A DNA stretch of 61,697 bases, filler included, from Dugesia japonica (lineage: Eukaryota), in the NCBI GenBank assembly GCA_001938525.1. It is 5 parts of 5 records of this genome, joined end to end, with 100 filler letters (N's around TTAATTAATTAA, not from the genome) between each part and the next. Parts side by side here need not be neighbours in the genome. Positions count along the whole stretch, not along the records: positions 23,231 to 34,185 come from MQRL01629706.1; positions 34,286 to 50,368 come from MQRL01583750.1; 3 more parts are not named here. One strand, 5' to 3'. Numbering within the stretch: the stretch's first letter is position 1; each line of letters opens with the position of its first letter. A program made the position numbers and the translations under genes. Below the pieces are notes generated by a model. The model ran no database searches. It had not been told where the DNA came from and saw only the letters and a list, made by a program, of their open reading frames with translations. Positions 27,831 to 39,990 of the stretch are shown one piece after another.

Positions 27831-29791
27831 TCTTATATGATAAAAATACAATTCATTCCCGAGTACATTACAAAATAGTTGACCTTAATTAATAAATTGT
27901 TAATAAATTTATGTTTTAGAAAAAGTTTAATGTTGATTGAAAATTTCATTAATGAAGTTGATTATAATTAATTAGAACAATTATTGCTTATTTTTAGCAT
28001 ATTCAGCAAGTTTTCAATGATTTTAGTTGAATAATTTTCTCAATGAGATCAAATCGGATCAGTTTTCAGTCAATTACGGCCTATCTTTTAAGGAATTTCC
28101 TAATAATCATCTATTTACTAAAGAATTTCATTGGTCAAATTTAAATTTTTAACAATTAATTAGTCACTCCCATTGATTTTTAACATTTATAGTTATAAGA
28201 TGATAAATAAATTAATTAATAAATTATAAATTATTCTCATACATTGAATTTCATAATAGTTTGTTTCCTTTCCAAATCATTACATAACCTCATCTGGTTA
28301 GTACAGTCGAGCAATTATTCCGACTGTTTACATCCAGTCTCAAATTGTTAACGCTCAAGACCGTTAGTTTCCAATCGAGTATGTTCATATATGAACTTAT
28401 CGATCAGCTTGCATAGTTTTAACAATGCTTAGCTCGATTACGGTATGCACATCTCCGGTAGCAATGATTCCAACCGTTCACGTCCAGTCATGAATGCATA
28501 CTGCTACAATTGTTTAAAAACAATCAGTCATCATCGTCAATAATTGACTAGACACGGATCCGCAAAATGACATAGAATTCCAACTCACTATTATCAATTC
28601 CAATGTATATATAATATTTAATTAAAATATAAATAAGGACAATAATAATAATCGAATAATAATAGTAAATTCATAATAAATTTAAAAAGGAAAAGTTCAT
28701 CAATAATAATCAAATAATAATGATAAATGGTTAATTGTGATAAGAAATGTGCAATAACAATATTAAAGAAAAGTCTAAATCTAATATCGAAATTATAATT
28801 CTAACAGTAATTCATATTCATAAAAAATCTTATTTCAAATTTTCATTAAAAGTCTAATTCTTATTTCAAAATTATAATTCTGAAATTAATTCATATTTCT
28901 AAAATCTTATTTCAAAAAGTAAAATTTCCGTAAATGATAAACTATTTAAATAATTTTCAAAATTAAATATGTCGATTAATTTCAATTTTATTTAGTTAAA
29001 AATAGTACTACAAATAATTATTTGATTAATAATAATTAAAAGAATAAAAATCAAGCATTTTAAATTAAATAACGTAACAATTTAATAATAAATTAAAATA
29101 ATAAAATTAATAAAGTTCTAACAATGATAATAATAATTAATTAAATTATTATTATCATTGTATTAATTAAAATAATAATAAATAAACTTACCTCATCATT
29201 ATGGTTCTTAAATCCATACTCTTCATTTTAAATTTAATTTTCTTTAAAGTTCATAATCTTCATAATTTATTTTTCCTCTCCATCATCATCATTGTTTATT
29301 AATATTATCATAATCTTCATAATTTTCTAAANNNNNNNNNNNNNNNNNNNNNNNNNNNNNNNNNNNNNNNNNNNNNNNNNNNNNNNNNNNNNNNNNNNNN
29401 NNNNNNNNNNNNNNNNNNNNNNNNNNNNNNNNNNNNNNNNNNNNNNNNNNNNNNNNNNNNNNNNNNNNNNNNNNNNNNNNNNNNNNNNNNNNNNNNNNNN
29501 NNNNNNNNNNNNNNNNNNNNNNNNNNNNNNNNNNNNNNNNNNNNNNNNNNNNTTGGTTAAAATTAATTATAAAGAGGAAAATACTTATAATTTACAGTTT
29601 CAAAATTAAATAAGAATTAAATAGGTTTATGTTGATTCTAAATTTTCATTGATTGAATAAAATTTTATTGAAAATTTAATTAATTAATTAATTTCAAAGG
29701 TAAATATTAAGTTCATGAATAATTTATTAGAATTTTAATGAATGAAAGAATAAATGTATATGACAAGATGATGATTAATTGGTGAATTATT

Positions 29792-29990
29792 AGTTGACTA
29801 TATGAAATAAGCGATGAACAGATTAAACCATTAACTAAACATTAGAAATATATTTTTAAAGGAATTTTCTATATTAAGGTGAAAATATGTAAATAATTAA
29901 CCGGTTAATAGTTCTAAAGTATATATTAAGTGCATATTATAAAGTTGACTATATGAAATAAGCGATGAACAGATTAAACCATTAACTAAA
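29792..29990 (+). repeat. 48-bp perfect direct repeat pair
   Basis: AGTTGACTATATGAAATAAGCGATGAACAGATTAAACCATTAACTAAA at ~29792-29839 and ~29943-29990. Confidence 0.9.
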
Positions 29991-30259
29991 TATTCAATAG
30001 GTATATGGTGTTAGTAACGGGTATTGTGTATGTTTAGATATTCTAACCTATAATACTAACAGTTGACACCAATTTTTAACAAGTAATTTCATGAATGTAT
30101 TAGTGGGTCATGAAACTTGTTAGTATTAGAATCAATAATTTTCATGTTTTCCTTTTCATTGAGTAATATAACAATGTTATGTAAGTTGTATTCAAATTGC
30201 ACTATTCTCACATTTGTAATGTGCACAAACTTTGTATGTAATGCAACAAATTATTCATC

Positions 30260-30600
30260 CATCTTGCATACTTCATGTAAATTTCATAAAATTTTTTAAT
30301 ACTTCTATACAATTTCATAAAATATTTTGTTACTTCTATGCAATTTTATAAAATAATTTGTGACTACTTTGCAATTTCATAAACCTTTTGTCGACTACCG
30401 TGTAATTTCATAAAATATTTGCAGACTTCTGTGCAATAATTGAATTATTTCCCTATTCTTTTACATGAGACTTTGAAATATTTATCGACTACTGTGCAAT
30501 TTCAGATTATTTTTATCGACTACTATGCACTTTCATAAAATATTTATCGACTACTATAAAATTTCAGATAATGTATATTGACTACTATAACATTTCAGTT
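30260..30600. repeat. ~30-bp tandem minisatellite (TCGACTACTGTGCAATTTCATAAAATATT)
   Basis: About ten degenerate copies are visible. Confidence 0.85.
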
Positions 30601-32589
30601 TAAATCTCACGAGTTTTAGAAAATTTGATCCTTTTCACTCTCGTCTTTACAGATCTTTTTTCTAACTTAAAGCAAAGAAACTTACAGAGAATAAAGTGAA
30701 ACCTAATTTGAATAACAAATAATTTAAAAAGTATTACTTGCTTGCCCTATGTTGATCGAACTGTTGAAAAGATCAATAAATCCTAATGTTATGTTTTGAA
30801 TGTATCAAATTTAATTGTCTTATATTCAATGATAAAACCGATAGTTTCATTATAAAACCAATATTTTCTTGTTAAAACCAGTATTTTCATGATAAACCCC
30901 ATGTTTTCCATTAAACACATATTTCCCATTAAACCTATATTTTTAATGTTGAGATCAATAATTTTAATGATCAGATTCGTATTTACCATGTTGAACTATT
31001 ATTCGTTAACAATGTATCTGAGTATAAGGTATTTAAAAAGAAATAAACCCATAAATACCCAAGAGCAAGCAGGGAACCAAAGAGCTCGCAAAGAAGCACA
31101 ATGATAATCAGATGATTAAAATATAATGAAATAGTTTTATTATTTCATATAAAATGCATATCATACTAGGTCTCAGTCAGTCTTATTGTCTTCTTTTATT
31201 AATATATAAAACTATTTAAAGATTATTGAAGTGAGGTCTATGAATATGTTAAAATATGTTAAATATAGCTAAATAGAGGCAAATCAGGAAAATATAGAGT
31301 AAATGATCGAGAAATGACTAAAGTATGAGAAATGGTAAGAAAATTAGTCAAAATTGACAAAAATAAGCATATTAAATGACTATGTAAATAATAAATGTAG
31401 TATAATTATTGACTAGATTTACTCTATTAAATATTTTCTATGTCCAAACTCGTATTTTCTAACNGTAATATTTCGAATTATCTCTTTACCTTCAGAATTT
31501 CTCAATTTAAAACTATTATTATTTATTTCATTTATAATTTTATCCGGTCCTCCATATCTATTATTTTGTTTATCTCTTATGTCTATTGCGATTTTTTTTA
31601 TTTTGATTTTTTTTTATACAATAAAAGAAATTGTAATTTAGTTAAATCTGAAACGTGTGCATAATTATTATAAAATGTTATATATATTTAAACTTCAACA
31701 AATTTGAAAATTGCAACTAAGATAAATTAAATTATTTAATACTGAATTTAATTTTACGACTTACGTTATTAGAATTATTTTTATTAATTTTGTTTCTTAG
31801 AATATCAAGCGATCATTGAAATTTCGATTGTGTAATTATTATGAATGAAGAAAAGTGAATTGAACTTTAATTTTTCAATATAAATACATAATGTCTTATT
31901 TTCTATTTCAAACAAAGCCACCACTTGGATAAATTAATGNNNNNNNNNNNATCTGTGTGCACAAACACACTTGCAGGCTTGTGATTGGTCTTTATTAGTT
32001 TTCGTATGCACAAACACAATGAGTATGTAGAATGCAGAAACATTCGATTGATTATGTTCAGAAACCCTACATATTGTATGTGACTTTAAATGTTAACCAT
32101 TTTTTATAATTCTTTTTCAAAATCGTACTTGTAATGTGCTTCTGACTTCAAGTCAACAAAGCTATTTTCCGATATTACAGTTGGAGTTATTCGATGTATT
32201 AAAAAGAAATAAATTAGTGAATTTAAAAATATGAATGCTTGGAACAGTTAAAAACCGTAACAAAATATGCATTATTGGATTTTTCAAAAGATTTCTTATC
32301 AGAAAGAAAATTCAGAAATGTAATGGCTTTCAAACATTTACATAATGATCTTCAGTATAACTCTTGTCATTATGACGAATCATTATAATGGAGATAAATA
32401 AACATAATCGAAAATTTTGTCGATTGAATAAAAGATATTTCTTGCAGTTGATTTTTATAGATTTTTGTATAAATTAACTTTATTGGAAATAAATGCAAAA
32501 TTACAGGAAAACATTGTTAATGAACAAAAAAAGAATCCGAAATAAGTAAAATATTTTATTCGATGTTTTTATACAAATACAATTAATAT

Positions 32590-33680
32590 TTGTTCTTGTA
32601 AACTGTTTGTATAGCAAAAGTTTTGCTACAAAGGCAGATATTACACTTTTAGTCTTGATTAAATGTGTCACCTTGTAGTTTCAAATTAGTCTCGTTAAAT
32701 CTGGCAAATAAATCAGTCATATAAGCGATGTAATTTTTTGAGATAATTAAATTATGCCGAAAATTATTGACTTTACTCTCCAGGAATTCCAACACTGAAT
32801 CAAAGAGCGAATAGAAGCGATCCAAACATGCACTTTTAGATAACCAATGTACTTCTGTGTTAAGTAGTTAACGATTATAGTCATCATAATTTTCCAAACA
32901 AAGTTGAACAAATAATCTCTTATTTAAGGCATTTCTTTTGATTTTATTAACTGATCTAATGACATAATGTAGTGATTTATGCAAACGTTCACTAAGGTAT
33001 TTTGCGACCAAATGATGTCGATGAATGACACAATGTACCAATAATACATTCGATATAGCTTGTTTTTATATAAAGAACAATACGTATTAATACGCCGAGA
33101 TATACATAACCATTTTCAGACNAAGAACCCCATNAAATGGGCATCGTAGATCGGATGTCTCAAGGATATCAACTAGCAGGAATCGGAATCTGCTAGCTGA
33201 TTTGGAGTGTCCCTTTGACAATCTAATGATGAAACTCTTCTAAAGCAGAGAATTTGAAAGGTCCTATCGAAAACACTATGAACAACCGAGACATCAAATA
33301 CGAAGTGGTGGACTTCCTTTTGCCATGGAAATGCGTAAGGTTATCACTAACCAAACCCCAGCCATGCTCACATTATAAGTACTAACGAGGCCTAGTGCTG
33401 CTTAACTTCCGAGATCCGGTGTACCCAACCTAGTATGAGGGTCAATGAATGCCAGAAAGCCTCGGTTTCGTTTTACCATTGCTGGAGCACCATCAGAAGC
33501 AACAGAGATGATATTAATCAAGGGTATAACTTTTACATCGAAAAATCCTTTTAATTCAGTATTTAACGTTTCACCTTTCGTATCAGTTTCCAAACCTTTA
33601 GCAAATAACAATTCTTGGGAAATTTTTCTTCTTTTACAAATCTCACATAAATTAAAAGTAAAGCTTCGTTTCCTGTATAG
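32590..33680 (-). pseudogene. Buster-type hAT transposase remnant, split by an insertion at ~33069-33443
   Basis: LFAKGLETDTKGE..ASDGAPAMVKRNRGFLAFI stops at 33444 and resumes below 33068 as KQAISNVLLVHCVIHRHHLVAK..LLNTEVHWLSK..IAYMTDLF. Confidence 0.9.
33069..33443 (-). mobile_element. 5S rRNA-derived SINE-like retroposon (SINE3-type)
   Basis: The minus strand begins GACCCTCATACTAGGTTGGGTACACCGGATCTCGGAAGTTAAGCAGCACTAGGCCTCGTTAGTACTTATAATGTGAGCATGGCTGGG, recognisably 5S rRNA with box A and intermediate-element/box C region. About 290 bp of unrelated body follow, and the unit interrupts a transposase frame. Confidence 0.75.
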
Positions 33681-33699
33681 AAAATCCAGATGTTTTTAA

Positions 33700-34100
33700 G
33701 TAATTGGTGGGGTTTTATCTAGGTGAGTAGACAAATCTAGAGTAGTTAGCCTAATAAAACCTCTTGAAGAATTTAATCTGGTGTCCCCAAAAATCCAGAT
33801 CTTCGGAATGGAGCCATTGACTCGGAATCCGAGTACAGACTCGCACTCCTTTGGTTTGGGTTCGTTTTTCATATTACTCGCTTGATTTACAAATCATACT
33901 TATTACTTATCAGTCATAATTTTATTAGACTTCAACTTATAACTCGTTTATTAGATTTCATTTTATTAATTGGTGAAGTCCTAATTAATTAAAATCTTTT
34001 CGTATTGACGGCTAAACATATTTAACTGAGTTTTCTTAATTACTGCTCTTAGGTTAAAAATCAATACCCTATGTTTTTTCAGTTATAAGGAATAGAAGAA
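33700..34100 (-). repeat. unclassified dispersed element, homologous to 14620-14765
   Basis: Shared motifs with the 14.6-14.8 kb segment in opposite orientation. Confidence 0.5.
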
Positions 34101-34291
34101 TTCAACAAGTGAAAAATATATTCTAAATTTTACTGTTACTGGTACATAAATTTAACAATTATAATAAGCAAACAACTAACGTGACNNNNNNNNNNNNNNN
34201 NNNNNNNNNNNNNNNNNNNNNNNNNNNNNTTAATTAATTAANNNNNNNNNNNNNNNNNNNNNNNNNNNNNNNNNNNNNNNNNNNNTACAGA

Positions 34292-34508
34292 ATTCATTTA
34301 AAATAAAAGCTTCGATCAAAATTTTGGTTTTTTTTAGTATTTGATAACCATTTGATATTTGGACTTATTCTTTTTCAGAAATCGACTTTTTATTTTAAAA
34401 TTAAAATAAAAAATCAATTCCTGAAGAAGACTAAGTCGAAATATCTAATTGTTATCAAATACCAAAAAAAAAACAAAAATTTTGATCGAAGCTTTTATTT
34501 TAAATGAA
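34292..34508. repeat. ~215-bp fold-back (inverted pseudo-LTR pair, Penelope-type)
   Basis: The left arm TTCATTTAAAATAAAAGCTTCGATCAAAATTTT.. is the reverse complement of the right arm ..AAAATTTTGATCGAAGCTTTTATTTTAAATGAA. Centre near 34400 with almost no loop. Confidence 0.9.
34415..34451 (+). ncRNA. minimal type-I hammerhead ribozyme motif
   Basis: CAATT-C-CTGAAGA-A-GAC(TAA)GTC-GAAA-TATC-T-AATTG: core CUGAnGA, helix II, GAAA, vestigial helix III and helix I CAATT/AATTG. Confidence 0.65.
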
Positions 34509-36289
34509 ACAATAATATTGTTATTATAATACTTCATGATAATATTAAAAATAATTATAATAATTAATCATAAATTTTGTAATTAAACAAATGACTAAAA
34601 ATAAATAATATGTATAAATAATATGATTAAAAATATTAATTATAAAATACTATTGAAAGTAATAATTAATTTAATATCTAAAATTAATCGAGATAATAAC
34701 TAAAACAACTACTAAAATCTTCATCATTATTTCATTTATTATTATATGAATTCCACTTTTAATTATTATGTCTAAATACAACATTATACTAAAATTAAAT
34801 TAGGAAAAAAATTGTTTTCATAAGTTCTATCTTCATTTGCAGCAATATCTTCTTATTCAACTTTATCATTTATGCATTACAATGCGATAAATTTAACACC
34901 TAATTTTATATGCCGTTTTAAACTCTTAATTTAAATCTTTTTCACCAAAATTTTAAAAATTCTAAAATTAAAAATAATTACTATTGTTTAGATATTTAAT
35001 ACAATTTTAAAAACTCTTTTAAAGCTATGAAAAATTATATTTATACGAAATATGCTACTTATTGTTACAAATATATTACATTAATTCATTCATATTTATT
35101 GTAAACTATTAAAAATGTTTATTTGATAAAAATAATAAGCCATTCAAATTACTTGTAATTTTAGAATAAACATAAGCAATATCTAAAACTGAAAATCTTG
35201 ATATTGAATAATTTATGAACATATTGTAAGAGATGTTGTTGCTTTTAATATTACTAACTGAAACAATGCTAGCAATAATTCAAAATTGTTCTATAATTTT
35301 GTTATTTTATTTTAATGTTGTCGTATAATTTTGTAATTTTATTAATGAAACATGGTTGACCATAAATAAACATTTGTTAATTTTTAATTTATGTTACATC
35401 ATCGGAAAATCTTTGCATTGATATTTAATTCAACTTTAATCTATAACAAAAACTATTAATGTGATTTAATTTAACTATTATTTCATTATATCCTAACTTT
35501 AATTTGTATAACAAAATATCATTACTTTTATTTATAAATATGTTAATTAAACAATACACTTGAGGAGCAACCTGATTTTAATACATTCCACTGCAATACA
35601 CTCGACACAATTAATCATTCAGACATTTAGATTCTAAGCCGACACCTAAAATGCTAAGTCATTATATGAAAGTGGAAACTCATCAAATTATAAAATAACT
35701 GAAACATTAAAATTACATTACATCACTCTAAATTGTAATTCACTACTATAAAATTATAATTTATCATATAAAAATCAAAACAAATCTATAAATATTAATA
35801 GTCAACACATGAAAATTCAAAGTTAATACGCTGAAATTTTAATTCATCACACTAAAAATTAAATAGAAGTCAAATAATGCTTTCAAAGATTTTCTAAAAG
35901 TCAATAAAATGTTTCAAACAATAAACAGAAGTCACCAAAAGTTTTCAAACTTTTTACAAATCAATAATAATAATAAATTAAATTTGTTTTATTGTATTAA
36001 AAAATATGGCTAACAAATAATTATGATTATAAATTTATATATTAAATATTTTAATTTAACTATTTTAAAGTAAAATAACTGTTATAACGTTCTAGAACAT
36101 TCTATTGTGTAATGACATAAAATATCAATGTAAATCCATTGCTTAATTGATAGTGTATAAACAAGATGGACACATATTTCATAATTTTAATAAAATTCAA
36201 TTTTTAAGTAAGTATTTTATTAAATAATTATAAAATATATATTGTTATATACAAGATTTTCCACACAACTTTTAAAATTCGAAATAATT

Positions 36290-36900
36290 CATTTTCATTT
36301 TGTGGATGTCTGTTTGCCACTTGTTTATACAGAAATATTCATAAGTTTTCAGAAAGATTTAAATCTAGACTTTGAAATGGCAAGTCCAAGCTTTTAATAT
36401 TTTTCCATTATAAAAATTTTTGAAAGTTTTTCGCTTTGTGTTTCGGATCGTTGTCATGCTGGTTAATATTATTATCATCTGAGAGCAATATGTCTGCTGA
36501 ATGTGCAATTTATCCAATTATTATTTGACGATTTTGTTCTTTGACCATTGTTCCTTTTAAACTGCAAAAGGTTTCCAACATCATGTGAGACAAATAATAA
36601 TGAGAATAGTTGAAGAAATTTGTGAAAATATATGTGGTTCAAGGAGAAAATGGAAAACAATTTCTGTTAACTAAATATAAAAATAGAAAATTTGAAATAG
36701 CACAAAAATAACTTAGAAAAACTTTAAGTCAATCGCATTATTTTTCATTATAAGTAAACAAAGAAATTTTACATATTTTAATCAAAGGAAACCCAATAAT
36801 ATTCAATAGTAAACGTATTCCAAATGAATTAATATGCGATTGAACTGAGAAAAGAAAAATATTCTTTTGCTTTTCTCATATTTTCGTAATTCTAATTCGA
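36290..36900 (-). pseudogene. Tc1 transposase remnant (DD34E)
   Basis: QHDNDPKHKAK..KSLDLPFQSLDLNLSENL corresponds to the QQDNDPKH..WPSQSPDLNPIENL motifs. Confidence 0.8.
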
Positions 36901-37294
36901 TTATTCTAATCTTTAATTATTTTGTTTCCGAAATAGAATTACGATAATTGAAAAATTTCCCAAAACTTCACCTAGGAATTTATCGATCTACAGTGTTTTC
37001 AATTAAAATTTTGATTAACTTAAATTTAGTATACAATAAATACATTAATCATAAAATTTCATAAAAATTTTGTAATTTAATTTCAGAAAAAAAATATTTA
37101 AATACTTGAATTTATGAACTCTAATTACACATAATTATGAATTTATTTTTTATTGTAAATTATATTTTGTTTAACAGCGGCATTTTTATTATTGGAAAAT
37201 AATATTTATTTGAAATCAATTTTTTGTGCTCTATAATATCTCAGTTTTTTTTATATGTTTCTTAGTTTTATTTAAATTTTAAAACCTTTAGAAA

Positions 37295-37410
37295 TGTTGA
37301 TAAAAAACAACATTTAAGACATCTATTTTGATTCGTTTTTAATCCAGGTTTAAAAGTTGAAGAAATGGTCCAAGATATTTGTGCTGTGTACGGAGACGGT
37401 GCAAAGGACT
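37295..37410 (+). pseudogene. mariner transposase N-terminal fragment
   Basis: KQHLRHLF*FVFNPGLKVEEMVQDICAVYGDGA. Confidence 0.75.
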
Positions 37411-37649
37411 GAAGTATTGAATCTTTTCTATTCTCTGTCGAATTAAATGACGTCTATTATCTTAAACAATGCGGATGATAAAAAAGTGGCTTAACAAATT
37501 CTTCTCGACAAGGCCTAGTGAGTTAATTGCGTAATGGATGGAAAGAGTGGAGTAAGTTAAAAATAATGACAAAAGTTACATTATTGATTAACTTGTTATA
37601 TTTGTAAAATGAATTGTTTCAAGTAAAGATTTTAAATTATTAAAACAAA

Positions 37650-38100
37650 TTGTAATTTTTTATAGATTTGATATAACGCATTATTATGAATTTCGTTAAT
37701 TTCTTTAAAAAAGTGACTTTCATCACTACCGAGTTTCAAGAATAACACTAACATTTAAAATCAATTTAAACAAANAGTCGAATAAATTTCATTTAGTACA
37801 ATACTTAGAGAAACAAGGTTTGTTGATAATAATTTCGCAGACGCATGATAAGAAAGGATTTTGCAATTTATCCAGGAATTATTATTTCTGATATATTTTT
37901 AATATGGATCAAATAAACTATTTCTTTTGCGCACTACCAAAAGAAAATACACTTGCCATCTGTAAATCTTTAAAATCATAGTAGAATTGTTTAGTTATTT
38001 ATGGATCTTTGGCCAAATGCGCATAACTTCTGCAGCTTCGTGGTATAGTTTAAACTTTTACAGCTTTGCATTTTTTCCATCTTTGAATTTGTCAATAAAA
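37650..38100 (+). pseudogene. pogo/Tigger transposase remnant
   Basis: LPSFKNNTNI (end of CENP-B-like HTH) and YIFNMDQINYFFCALPK..CKSLK, resembling IFNMDETGLFFRALP..CKGGK. Confidence 0.55.
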
Positions 38101-38242
38101 ATGAGTGCTTATCAATTAATATATAAAAAAAGACTTTATTTATAAAATTCATTATTTAAATAGACCAACAAAACTTTGAAAAAATATAAAGAATTTTGTA
38201 ACAAAAATATATTATCGTTTCAATCTATTAAAAAGTCATCAT

Positions 38243-38276
38243 ATTCCTGAAGAAGACAAGTGTCGAAAATTTGAAT
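38243..38276 (+). ncRNA. second minimal hammerhead ribozyme motif
   Basis: ATTC-CTGAAGA-A-GAC(AAGT)GTC-GAAA-ATTT-GAAT, followed by AATAAA and TTTGATATAAGCTTTT, similar to the tail after the 34.4 kb motif. Confidence 0.65.
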
Positions 38277-38945
38277 TCCAATAAATATACATATTATTTT
38301 GATATAAGCTTTTTCTTTTTTTTAATTAAAAAACAACTAAAAAAATATCATTTAGACTTTATGTTAAAGGTAAATAAACGATATAATTTCTTACCAACTT
38401 AATTATTAATAATCATTTAACTTAATATTATACAGTTATTATCTAAAATAATTTCCTATTTTTATATGTGAATTTGTCTGTAACGCTTTAGTTAAACCAG
38501 ATATTCGAAAAATCAATAATTTCTATTAAAATTTTTCATTTAATTTTATTTCAATTTAAATTAAGTAATACTTTTATACAAAAATGCAATAAAAGTTTGG
38601 GATCAAATTATAAAAAATATTAAAGTGTAACAATAAAATTGTTTCAAATTGAACAAAGCAAAGATGTAAAAAGAAACTGTACCTTCAAAAATCCACATAA
38701 TTTTTTAGTAAAAAAACGTTAGTATTTGTTAAAAAATTATAGAACTCGGAATTTAGTTAATGATTTCATTGAAAGTATATTGAATATTAAAGTGATTTCT
38801 CAAATAATCTACAAGGAAGTATTTTAAATGATAATCCTCCATTCACGAAAAATGAAATTAATGAATTATTGAATTAAATTTAAATTTTTACCGTTTTTTT
38901 AATTTTTAAAGTTTAGTATATTTTTCACAGATCACTAAAGAATTT

Positions 38946-39990
38946 TTAGACTATTACAATAGTTATATAAATGGTTTGATCTTCCTGAGATAAGAAGAAA
39001 ATGAATTTCCATCCCATTTCAAATTTCTCATCAACTATCATTTCTTTAATTTCATAAATTCTATACGTTTTGTTATTATACTTTGTTATAATGTTTGATA
39101 CGATTAACCGATCAATATTTCGTCGGTTGTAATCCATCATGACTGAATTATTATTTAGTAATATGAGTCTTAAGTATGTCTAAATCTAATATGTGGTGAT
39201 AATTTTATATGCGGTTTCCAAAGAGGCCATTAAGATTATTTGGGTTGGCCACCCATGAATTAGATGTGATGCAACTGATGAATTGTTTAATTGTTTTTGC
39301 TTTTGATCTTGCAATTAACAATAAATTTTTTTCTAAAGAAAATTAACTATTTAATATTTGTTAACGTTGAGTAAATTATTTTAGATTTTAATCAAATCTC
39401 ACTTATCATTCATAACTGAACTTATGCTGAATCTGAAGTGAGATTGAAAAAATAAGCATCTGCTTTCTGTTATAAAACCATTTTCTCGAGAGATTTATGC
39501 ATATTTTATGATATTTAATTGGTTATAATTGGATATATTTTGATCAATATAAATAATTTCCCCTTTATGGTCATTAACTACTGGCTTAATTGTTAATATC
39601 AATTAGAATTTTAATTAAAATTGTAGATTAATTAAAGCAAGTACAGTATTTTCACATAAATAACGCGTGGATTATGTATTCTGTGTATTAAAAGAATACA
39701 TGGATATTGTTGAACGTTTATCTATTATATAAAAGGGTGAAGATCTGCTAAATGCTTATTATCTAAACATATTTTTTATATTATGAAACATTTGCATAAT
39801 AAAGCACAAAATCCACGATAAAGTAAAGATTTGCATTATCAATTGAAAACACAGTTTTTATATTTCTTTGATATTGGAATTGAATCTGATTGTATCAATA
39901 AACGATTAACTTATTTATTTGTTTGTGATATAGTTCAAGTTCTTGAAATGATATAGCGGCTTAGTTTGAATAACATCTAGTGCAACAATG
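38946..39990 (-). pseudogene. PIWI-family Argonaute pseudogene fragment (N, L1 and start of PAZ)
   Basis: IVSNIITKYNNKTYRIYEIKEMIVDEKFEMG (PAZ 'YNNKTYR' motif) is preceded in the expected order by ILTIKPV..YNQLNII, MHKSLEKM and ILMASLETAYKII. Stops and frameshifts are present; no MID/PIWI domain is seen. Confidence 0.75.

Noticed and set aside
33345-33443. Functional 5S rRNA gene
   Set aside because: It has an internal deletion, a diverged box C and 3' end, no oligo-T terminator, and it lies inside a transposase. Treated as a SINE head or pseudogene.
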